In this document: positions 24,981 to 35,791 of the stretch, piece after piece
Layout of the letters: every line of letters starts with the position of its first letter
How positions within the stretch are numbered: the first letter of the stretch is position 1
Origin: Raillietiella orientalis
Lineage: Eukaryota
Length of the DNA stretch: 64,000 nucleotides
Direction: 5' to 3'
NCBI GenBank assembly: GCA_036172245.1
Contig: JAYWIR010000033.1
Location: forward strand, 1,488,001-1,552,000
Notes under the pieces: model-generated
What the model saw: only the letters and a program-made list of their open reading frames with translations
Database searches by the model: none
What the model was told of the DNA's origin: nothing
Made by a program: the position numbers and the translations under genes

Positions 24981-27529
24981 GAGTAAAATAGTCCTAAGGA
25001 CACGCCCCTAGGCAGGATCATGGATTCGAGATGGACGGAATCCGTCTCGCAGTTTATGCTGGCCAGGTGCCTTCGTTTCACATCTGTGGTTATCTGTCCA
25101 ACTCCCACACACCGCATCCACTTTGTTACTCACCTGTGCTTCTTCATTGCCTGTGAGTCCACGAGCGAGTTGTCCCATTCATCTCTTGAGATTCCCCCAA
25201 GAAAGGAATGGGCCGTGCGTTTCCGGAAAGAGGTGTGAAATTTCCTCCCCTGCCTTCCCTCTCTTCCCTTTGGCGGCGCCTTTCAACGCGAGATCTTCCA
25301 GACCGCTACGGTCGTCGTCTGCCCGGCCGACAGAGGTGGTTGTGGCTGCAGCAACCCCGGGTACCCTCATCCGAAGTGATGGACCGGTGGCTCTCCCGAC
25401 GGTGTCGGATGCGCGACCCCGCGGCGGACAGATGCTCTGCATCCTCGCGAAGCAAGGGGCTCGGAGGGGACGGGTCGTGTGTCTGGACAGAGAGGGGCTC
25501 TGCCAAGTCTTCGAGGAGACTTTTCCTTCATAGAGTCTCTCCCGAAGGCGAGAGGAAAGGGACGTTGCTTGCGCAACGCGCTGGCAATCAAAAAAAGACT
25601 CCAGAGGAACGGGCGCACCTTCGCAGACGTTTCTGCTGACACGCGTCTCCTTGAGAAAGAGGGGAAAAGGGGAGAGAGAAAGAGGAACTTGGAGATCCTC
25701 AACCGATTTGAGGATCCCGAAGTTCCTCTTTGCCCTGCGGCGCGACAGTGTGGCAGCCAGAAAGCTTGTCCTTCGAGACCAACCACGAATCACCGCAGAT
25801 GGCTTCCTTTCGTCATCAGATCGCACGCGTCGGCAGAAAGGACCTCACCTCTCTCGCTGTCAGGGGCATCTCTTGGACCATCAGAAATGCCCACTCTGCA
25901 ACGCCACTCTGGAGAGCGCGGGAGCGAAGGAGAAGGGCGGCAAGAAAAACAGCGGTGCGTCGGTACTCGACGGTGCCGGAACTGACACCCCACTTTCGTG
26001 ATGGAACAAGTGGACGCTTTCGTCTCGTGGTAGCTCGCGAACAGTACCAAACACTTCCATAGAATGCCTCCCTACTCGTTCCCTTTTTTTGTGTGCTTTC
26101 TGTGCATTCAATCGTTAATCATCAGTCCTAAGATGGTTAAAAATGATATCACGAAGCCCAAAAAGGAACTCGTTCGGTACTCGTCGGTCTCGGCACTCGT
26201 CACGAGTTCCGGAACGAATTGCCGACGAGTGCCGGGGCAGTACCACCGTACACGAATGAAGGTTGACTGGACCGGGCTTTCAGTGTAGCGGTCTCTGAAG
26301 GTCCCTATCGGAAGGAAAGGAGCGAAGGAAACGTGGCTGGTTCTTCTACGACGTGGTCGATCCAAGACCCGTCGGGCTTCCTTTGCCCTCGGCGGTAAAG
26401 GGGACCCATCGTCGACGTTTGCTTCAGAAGGGAGAAGGAGCCGGGGAGGGCAGCAGCCTCTTTCGAGAATCTCTGTCCAGCCGCACTCCACGACCGCGCG
26501 TGCAGAGCTCGCGCGGTCTCCAGCACGGGGGGAGGGGAGAACGATGACGTACCAGTTCGTAGGACCGGCTGCCTCCAGACACCGAGTAGGCCGGGTGCAG
26601 CCTCCCTCGGCCCAAAGCCCCAGCATCCAGGAGGAGAAGAAGGGAAGTGGCGAGGAAGGTGGTCCTTGGAGGGAGTGGTTCTCGCTCGTGTTCCTCCCTT
26701 TCTTCTTACGAGGGTTTCCCCATCGGAGAGACGGCAGCACCGCTCGCTGGCGACGTCCAGGGTGGTGCCACCCAGCTGCCCCTCGAAGAATCCAGGAAGG
26801 AAATCCTCGAGGAAAGCTCCGGTGTTCCCGAAGAATTTGCGGGAGGGGAGGAAAAGGGATGCTCCCAGGTGTTTCTTCTTGATCACGACCACCGGCTATG
26901 CGCGTTCTCCCATTGGCCAGAGGACGTCTTCCACGCTGCGGTTTGATCTTCACTGCCCTTCCTCCGAAAGGAAATGCGTCTCCGGACTTCCTAGTGCTCC
27001 CAGTGGAGTTTACGGCGGAAGGGAGGAGAGCTGCTGGCTGAGGCGGAGGGGGGGAAGGGCGAACGCGCGCGCGCGCGCTGGGTGTGCAGGGGGCCGGCGC
27101 AAACGTGGGACGGGAGGGAGGTGGAATAGTGGTCCTTCCTGTCGCTTAGACCCACCGAGCACATCGTCATGTGACGATGCGGGCAGACCTGCGGCTCGAG
27201 AGAAGCGGTCCTTCAGGGCAAGTGAACCGCAGTGGGTCCGCGGAGCGGAACCTGGCAAAGACTCCGCTCGAGACGTCGCTCCTGGGCGAGGACGGCGATG
27301 TCACCTCGAGGCACGCGACGCAGCTGAGCTATGCAACCGAGGATGGAGGAACGCTTCAAAGGACAGCCTGCACCGCCTTCCAGGTGCAGCCGCTCCCGGT
27401 TCAAGGTGTCGTCCTGTGGAGGCCTCCTTTGGCGGAATGACTGCCCACATGCTGCGGGGAGAGGTGGCGCCGACGAAGATCCGCGGCATCCCAAGAGTCA
27501 GTGCCTCTGGGAACTGCCGGATCCCCTCA

Positions 27530-27670
27530 TTCTCCTCCTCTTCTTTCTCCCTTCTTCCCTTCCTTCTCCTATTTCTCCCCCTTCCTTTGCGCTTTCCTTC
27601 TTACTTTCCTTTTCCTCCTTCCCTTCCTCCTTTCCCCTCCCTTCCCTTCGTCCTCCCTTCCTCCTCCCGG
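27530..27670. repeat. Polypyrimidine (CT-rich) low-complexity tract
   Basis: Nearly pure C/T on + for ~140 nt. Confidence 0.85.
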
Positions 27671-28389
27671 TTGCTCACGATGGGAACCGGGAGCCTCTCT
27701 CGGGGTGCCCGGAACATCGAGTCGCGCGCATCCTCCGTGCTGCCGGGCAGGGCGCGAAGCGACCCGCCTCACCGGCCGATCTGCGCAAGACTCGGGACCC
27801 GGGAAGGGGAAAGAGTCTCTCTTCCCCCCCTTTAGGAGGGGAGGGAGGGATCTCTCGAGAGGTGGGCGGGAGCCCTCGGAAAGTTCCGAGCCAGTAGGAG
27901 AAGAAGGGAATCGGTCGCGTCTCCCTCGGGTCGGACCCCGGAGGGATTCTGCGTGCCGGACGGAGCCACCGCGCTGTCCTGCCCGACAGGTGGCTCCCTC
28001 CCATTTGTTTCCGTCGGATGCAGGTGTGGGTAACTCTTAGGCACGGTTCTCTTGCTTCTTGAGGGGAGTTTGGTCTGCCTGTGGAGTGAACGCCAGCTAG
28101 CAGCAGGTCCTCCCCTCCGCCCCCAGAAGATGATCCCGTTCCACCTGCCCTCTTCCGAGCGGTTCTCGAACGGCTCTTGGTTTCCCTCCTCCGCTCCCTT
28201 TCTCTCCATGCTGGGAAATGAAGAGGAGAAGAGGTCGCTCTGACACCTCTCTAGCCTCGTGCACAGGTAAACACGGAAGAGGATGGCGCCTGGATTTGGC
28301 GCTCCACCGATCTGGCAGCACGAGGTGATGGCAACTCCTCTGTGTTCCCGAGGGCACCAGGATACCGGTAAAGATATAGTTTTTTTAAG

Positions 28390-28715
28390 AGAGGAGGGAA
28401 GAAGAAATGAAGGAAAACGACAACGGAGAAAGAGCAGGAAGAAAAAGAGGAAGGGAAAGTTTTCTTGACGACGATGACGTCGATGACGATGAAATGGAGG
28501 AGGAAGAGGAACAAGAAGAGGAAAAGGAAGGGAAGAAGAGAGAAATAGGAGGAGGAAGGAAGAGAGGTGGACGAGGAAGGGAGGAGGAGGAAGAGAAGGA
28601 GATGGCAAGAATAAGAGGAAGCGAATGGGAGGAGAAAGAAAAAAGGAAGTAAAAAGAACGGAGGAGGGAGAAAAATATGTGAGAAGGGGGAGGGAAGAGG
28701 GAATAGGGGAGGAAG
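28390..28715. repeat. Polypurine (GA-rich) low-complexity tract
   Basis: Mostly GGA/GAA repeats for ~320 nt. This tract generates the spurious E/K/R-rich and S/F/L-rich ORFs. Confidence 0.85.
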
Positions 28716-30530
28716 AACCTGCATCTGCACCGCAAGGCGGCTGAACAGGAAACACGCAGAGAGATGGGAGGCAGGAAGCTGCGAATAGGACCCTCCTCTT
28801 CATCTGAGAACGAAAGGGCGAGCCAAGAAGCGAAGGTGCGACCCTGTGAATCCTCCGCGCCCGCTTGCTCCAGAGGCGCCCAGAAGGCTCCGGGCACGGC
28901 GCTGCGAGGATGCCTCTGGCCGCAGCGCAACCAGGGGGCGCGTCGACGGGACTGTGGTCCATGGAGGATTGAAAGAGGCTGAAAGAGGGATTTTCTTAGG
29001 AAGTCTCGTGAGTGGAGGGATTTTCCCCAAGGCGGAAGGGGTATTTTGCGATGGAGAAAGGGAGCTCATTGGCTGCTGAAACGCCGCTGGCGCGCGCCGC
29101 TTGGGCTGCAACGCGGACCTGGTGGAGAAATCCAGGGATTCCCGGGTCGCACTGGCTTCTGTAGCGCCTGCTGGTCGGGTCGGCAGGACACCTCTGAGGC
29201 TTCTCTGCTCGACACCGCCTCCTGGTGCTCCTCAACATTCAGGGATCCCTAGGGCTGCGATGAAATAGGAGGCAGCGGTTTGTGAACCGCGAGCCCAAGT
29301 TCCCCGCGGCAGGAATTTCAGGAGCTCGGAGATGTCTCCTGAGTCACTGCCTCCTGGTCCTGACAACTGGACGGACGGGAGGGTTAGGGGAAAGCCAAGA
29401 ATTGGAGCCTGAGCAACCAGGGTCGGTTCAGGTGGACCCAAAGCGACTGCTTCGCACCCTGAAGCGCCACCTCCTACCGAAACTCCAGATGCCTCCGCGA
29501 GATGGCAGAGGCGGTCGGCGAGACGACCAGGAGACGGAAAAAGATGAAGCTCCAGCGCGGAGTGACCCCGAGCAAAACTCCAAGAGGGCTTCCTGGGCTC
29601 GTATGACCACGTGTGTGAACCATTCCCTCCTAGAAACTATTGCAGCCCCCCCTGGAATATCCCCGCATTCCTGAAATCCACGCACACCCTACTTTAAGGC
29701 GCGCCTTGGGTGGAGCCTCCAGAAGTGGGAGCAGGGAGGCAATCACTGGTGGACCTGCTACCGGGAGAATCTTCCGTGTTGGAGACGTCGAGGCTCCCAC
29801 GAAAATGGCGGGTTCGTGAGAGGAATGAAGCAGGAAGAGGGAGGAGAGTGTGGAGCATGTTTTCGTGTTGGTGACCGGGAACCCAAGGAGGTTGAGATTC
29901 GCGGTTCCGATGGCACCTGGAGGAACAAGGGAGGAGGAGTCTGCAGGGCAGCTGGACCAGACTCTCCATAGGCCGAAAAAGGCATTTTCTGCCAATCAGG
30001 AAGCCCAGGATATGTCGGAGGCATCCTACTTCTGTCAAACTTGCACATACGGTGCGAGAAGGGGAGAGCTTGGGAGAGGGGAAGGGGTAGGAAGGGGAGG
30101 GAATCGGGAGCGCGGCGTCCCTGCCCACGCGTTCCTCTGAGAGCACGATGATGGAAGGGCAGAAGTTGGGTGGGTGGTGGTGGTGGCTCTGCTTTCCCTC
30201 GAACCTCCGCTCTCCCTGGAAGGAGCGGTGTTCCCCGGCTGCGCTCCTCCTTCCCCTTCCTCTTTTCTCCAAAGGAAGGAGCGCGGCAACATTCCCCCTC
30301 CCCTTGTTGCTCACGGCCCTTCCATTCCTTCCTGCCATCCTCCTCCCCCCACACACGTGCGCGCGCGCGCGCGCGGCGGGCCGGGAGTCACGGAGCTTCC
30401 GTTGCTCCCGACCCGAACGAACGAGCTGCTGGTGCTGGAGCTGCGTCATCTTTCTTTTCCTGGAGAAGAGGGGCGGGAGTCGGGAAGGGGGCGAGAGTGG
30501 GTGGGGGAGCAGGCGCCGCTCCCTCCCACT

Positions 30531-33500
30531 TCAGTTCTTGAACATGTCACAGAGCAGCTTCTCCAGGGGGATGTTGCCGATGGTGCGGCTGAAGTAGATG
30601 TGCTCCAGGCGGTACGAGGGCACGACGCGCAGCAGTGGCAGCAGGAGGAGGAGGCGGCCGAACCTGGCGGGCGTGGTCTGGTGCTGGGACCTGACGTGCT
30701 GCCCCAACATGACCTGGGCCTGATCCTGGAGGTTCTCCACGTGCGCGGGGTCCTTCAGCCCTTTGGTCTCTGCAAGAGGTGGCGGACTGTTCATGCGCGC
30801 GCGTCGCAGGGGCCCCCCCGCTGCCGGGGGATGCCCTGAGAGCGGGCAGATCTGCGACTCACCCGACTTGAAGAGGACGATGGCCTTCAGGCAGGCGAAC
30901 TCGAGCGGGTCCACGTCCACGGAACGGAACTTCGCGAAGACCCCGCTCAGTACTTTGATCTCCAAGGCTGCCTGGGGCTCCTTCCCGTTCGCCGCGCTCA
31001 GGATGTGGTGGCCGGACGAGAACAGCGGCGCCACCTCCAGGGGCAGGGACCACTGCACGGCGCACAGGAGGAACAGCTCGGACCAGGACTCCTCCAAGAG
31101 TGTCACCTGGGGCGCAAGGGGTCACGAGGGTCTGCGGCCATCCGGACGGGGGGGAGAGTCGCGCATCGCGGTGGTCGCTCCGTCGCCGGCCCATTCCTGG
31201 CTCGAGTGCCTATGCTCTGCGAGAGCGCCCATCCCTATCCCGCACTCCGGGACCGGAAGGAGCGTTCCCGGCATTCCATTGGCTCTCTCGCCAGCGCCAG
31301 AACCGCTTCACTTTGGGAACTGCGCGATTCCCCAGAGCGCCTTCCCTTTTCCCTTGATGGCGGATTCTGGAGCCAATCCTCCTTCTTCTCGGAGTCCGTC
31401 CCACTTCCCGAATTTCGATCTTCGCTCGCGCAGGCCAGGCGCTCGACTCGGATGCTCCATTAGTTCCCTGTGCGATCCAGAGATGGCGTTCGGAGCGGCT
31501 TGTATGTGTTCAGAGCGGCGCGTTCCTCGCCAGCTCCGCTGCTGTTGCTGTCCCTTCTCGCGGGACTGCTTGCACGAAAACTGTGTTTTTTTTTTTTTTT
31601 TCTTTGTTTTTCCTCGAAACAGGATAATAACGAGTCTCCGGGAACTCGAGAAAGGACCAAAGAGGAGCTTAGGGCGTTGGAACGCGTGAGTGGTGAGGCA
31701 GGATTCGGGAAGTCGTGCGAACGTCAAACACCACCATGGAGACCACGGGTCCAATGATGTCTATGCAGCTGATGGAGGACAACTCTTTCCAGTGGAAGGA
31801 TTCTTTCGCCAGTGAATTCTCCGTAGCCTGAGGAACAGCTCAACAGGGCCGCGTCCCTCGGTAACATCGCCGTGCCCGAAAGGACGCGATGGGAAGCTCT
31901 CTGTTGCATCTCCTGTCACCAGGTGGCAGGATTCTGTCCCCAGGATCTGCCACCCTTCCTAATTTGTGTGCTTCTTCGAGTGATTCGTCGCTTTAATTCC
32001 GTCGTGGGAGCTGCGGCCGTCACCCTAAAACCCACCTTCCGAATGGTCGATCCAGGAACGCTTCCTCGCAAATGATTCCTTCCCATCCAGGAGCCACGCA
32101 AGCGCATCCCTCCTTTCCTTTTGTCCCAACAATCATCCTTGCACGCTGGGTGGAGGCGCGCGGTTCCCAGGAGCACTGGCGTCCCGGCGCAGATGGCGGA
32201 GCTCCGGCCATCGTGGGCAACTTTCGGGTAGGCAAGTAGATGGAGTGCGTGCAAACGGCTCAGCCACCAAGATCCGTCTACTTGGTGCATCTCCAGCAGC
32301 ACCAAAGATTCTTCGTTCAGCCTTCACGAATCTGAGGAGCCCTCCTTGTTTTGGAGGTTTCCTCTCTGCCCCGGAAAAAAGGAGCAGGAGACTCATGGGA
32401 ACTCGGAGGGGAGGAAATCCATCCAGCGGGAAGACGACAACAACAGGAAGCACAAAGAGCTCGCGTCTCGGGGAGATCGGCGAAAGCCGCAGCATCACTT
32501 ACGATTCAGCTGAGCGAGTTCCTCCGGCAACGGCGAAGACGCCAGGAAATCAAGGGTGGACGATCCGAGGGAGCAAGCCTTAGTTGCGGACAGCTTCAGC
32601 GCCGGGACGCGAACCCCTCGCTACCTTCTCGTCGCTGACGCGAGCTTTCGCCGTTCAAGCGGCACCTCTTGCTCGAGTCTCGGCCTCAGAAGGCTGTTCT
32701 TCACACGCGGAAGCGAATTGCGAGGAGCGGACGCGCGCACGCACTCGCGCGGGCAGCCGGAGTGACTTTTAGCCAACTTGGACCTGTCGAACCGGGATGA
32801 ACCAAGTGACTGTGGAGCTGAAACAGTCCGTACGAAGTCTGCGACACTCCCTCGCAGAGATCCTGCGCGTAGCGATCGTCAAACGCGGGAACCCCCGTTT
32901 TGGCCCCACTGCTCAGCGATCGTTCGTAGTCTCCCCGCTAGCTTGCGCTGCTCTCCCTCCGCCGGGGAGCGCCTTGCCGCGAGGGTCCGCGCAGCTCATA
33001 CCTGATCCCTGAACGGCAGGCTGATGAAAGAGGGCAGGTTCTTGGCCCACTTGATGGCGATGAACAGGAGCCGGGCGGAGGTCTCGTAGATGGTCTCCGG
33101 AGCGTTCGGGTACACGTAGTCATTGGTCAGGGGAAGCACGCTCATGTGGCCGTTGAAGATGAGGCTGTTCTTCACCTTGGACGAGTCCTCTGCTCCGTCT
33201 GGAGGTGCGCGAAAGAGAGCGATCGATCGTATGCGGCCTCCGGGAGAGTCGTATAACCTGGATCGCTGGGCGTTCCCTTGTGGAAGAGGTCGGAGTTGAA
33301 GATGGTCGCCCCGAAGCACATGGGGGCACCCACGTTGTTGATCTGCGGCACAGCGGACATGCTCAGCGTCATGGGAAGAGTCGACCTTCGGGAGAGAGAA
33401 GCGCGCCATCAACATCGGAAGACAGGGAGGGAAGCTTCAACAGCTAGCGGACGAGGCCCGTTTCGGAAATGAGGGAAGGGGCGGCAGAAGCCAGGCGGGA

Positions 33501-35791
33501 CCGGAGAGCCTCCGGTGGTGCCAACCTCTGGGAAGAGTGACCCTTTCCGCATCCTCCCTCCGGTGCCGGTCAGAGGAATGGCCTTGAGTGCGTTCCGAGC
33601 CCACGGGTGCGCGACGCGAGGGTCGGCGACGCAGCTGCCAAAACCCCCTATGGGCGGAGAGACGTTCCTGCCCTCGTCGCAGTCCTGGACCGAGGTTCCT
33701 TCCGAAGGTGGTACAGCCCTCTCTCCCATTCACATGAGCATATCGAGCACCGCTCCCGGGGCGCCCTTTATTTCCCGATAGCCCTGCAGCAGGCGGACGG
33801 AGATGACGTGGGATAGGGTTAGGGGTGGGAGGTAGAGCGGGCTGGATGCGTTGGGGACGGCTGAGGAGGCCGCGGGACTCCTCCGCCTTTTCGGAAACGA
33901 AGCGCTACCGACAGCTGGATTTTCCGGAGGCGGGCGCAGGCAGCCGTCTGCCCTCCCCCGAAGCGTAGAGAAAGATCAAGGGATCGAGGAGAAGGAACAA
34001 AGAAGCAGGAAGTGGGGGAAGAAGGGATCAAGGAAGAGGAGGACAAAGAGGGGAAATGGACCAAGTGGAGAGCAAGGAAGAGGAATGGATGAAGGAGAGA
34101 ACAAGGAAGAGGAATGGACGAAGAATCTATTTCAGGATTTTTAAACTAGTCTGGAAAAATAGGCAGTGACTTATACTTTGAGGAATGTTCAGATCTCTGC
34201 CATTGCTCTTGAGCGACCTCGCTCAACCGTCACTGCCAACATGTCATACTCGTGTTTCAGCCTTGCCAGAGCTTTTACTTTAGTACTCAATTGCTCGCCA
34301 TCATCAAACGCAGGGTGACCTCTTTTTCGTGACCTTTGGAAAGGAGGAGGAATGGGGGAAGGGAAGACAAAGAGGAGGTGGGCGAAGCTGCTGAGTCCGT
34401 AACTTCTTCATTCCGCGGCTGCTGCACTCTCGCTTTCCTGAGCCGCATCAACAAGGCTCCGAGCGCTCTGCGCATGGATGCCGAGGTCGTCCCGGGCACA
34501 GCTCGGCAAGGCGGAAGGTCAACGCGTTCGGAAAACGCCTGGAGGCGACGAGCGCTGTCGGCGCGCCTTGATCCCCCGGCGTGGAGAAGGTGCAGCCATC
34601 GTCCGCAGCCATCACCTTTCCTCGCCAGGAAACGAACGAAGAGGAGGAGGTGCACGTGGCCCGCGTCCTACACGCCGCCCGAAACGGGAGCTCGAACGCG
34701 CTTTTCCCCCGGGTGCCCGCGGCTGGGTCCCCTCTGCCCTCAGGAGTCCTTCGGAACCCACGTTACCCGAAAACGCCGACTGCCACCGCCGCGTCCCGCA
34801 GCGCCCTCTCGGTGTCGAGGTCGGCGAGCGCCTCCGGGCGGATGGTGGCCGTGTTCCTCGGCTGGCGCTCGTTCTGCACAGCTTCAGCCCGGAACCGGAA
34901 AGAGAGGGAAGCTCTAGACTCGGCGGCGCTCGAGCACCCGCCAGCAGGCGGCGGTCCACTCACCATCCTTGTTCATCCCCATCTGCAAGCACTTCTTCAG
35001 GCGGCACGCCTGGCACTGGTTCCTGTGCGCCTTGTCGACGACGCAACTCCCGGTTCCCGCTTGGCACCTGGAGGCCAGGGTCTTCCGACCTCTCCCCGGG
35101 CCACACGCACCTGTAGATGAGCTTCCTCCTCACGGACCTCTTGAAGAACCCGCTGCACCCGTTGCAGGCCAGGATCCCGTAGTGCTTCCCGGAGCTGGTG
35201 TCCCCGCACACCACGCAGAGGAGGCCGGGAGAGGCACGCCTGTGGTGGACGCCGCCGATCCCGAAGCCCACGTGGCTGACCCCGTAGGACTCCGGGGGGT
35301 TGGGGGAGGCCCCCTTGACCTGTAGCGCGGGGTGGGCGACCGCGGCGGAGGGTGAGTCCTGGGACGGCGAGAAGCTGTAGGAGGCCAGGAGTATCCTGCG
35401 CTGGTCCTGGGACAGGGGGCTGGGCGGCTGGCCCCCTGAGGAGGCGGCGGCAGCATGGACGCCGGACATCGTCTGGGAGTCTGGAATGGGAGAAGGGAAA
35501 GATTTTCGTGGCGGCGCCATCTCCCGGAGCTCCTGGGAACCCTGGAGGAGCGACCAGAGAGGGCGCGCGGGTGCCCCACTCACCCACCCCGCGTGGTTTC
35601 CGGGATCGGCTTCTCAGCCCGCCGCTGAGACCGCAGGAAGGAGGGTCGGTGATGGGATCGCCCGGTTGCGGGGAAGCGAGGGGGAGGGGGCTACTCGGCC
35701 TCCAGTCGGGAGATCGCACCCTCCGGGGGAATTCCGGCAGCGCTCTCCGGAATCTTCGCAGGGTCTCTCTCCGCAGCATCACCACGAGCAT
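30531..35791 (-). CDS. Hr51: Nuclear receptor NR2E3 group (photoreceptor-specific nuclear receptor / Hr51 unfulfilled / fax-1)
   Basis: The DBD reads [85 protein letters not shown], with the diagnostic NGCSG P-box. The LBD reads [41 protein letters not shown]...[10 protein letters not shown]...[18 protein letters not shown]. Phase-consistent GT-AG exons (minus): 35480-35111, 35067-34964, 34881-34767, 33385-33258, 33198-33002, 31106-30863, 30769-30531. A probable upstream exon ends at 35584. The start at 35791 is uncertain. Confidence 0.95.

Noticed and set aside
26666..28962. 389-aa and 376-aa ORFs with hydrophobic-looking stretches
   Set aside because: They are translations of CT/GA low-complexity tracts.
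30763..31689. 308-aa plus-strand ORF
   Set aside because: It is an antisense shadow of the GC3-rich Hr51 LBD exons.
33500..33785. Extra Hr51 hinge exon after the ctgcag acceptor at ~33785
   Set aside because: The required phase hits TAA within five codons, and the flanking exons already splice in frame.
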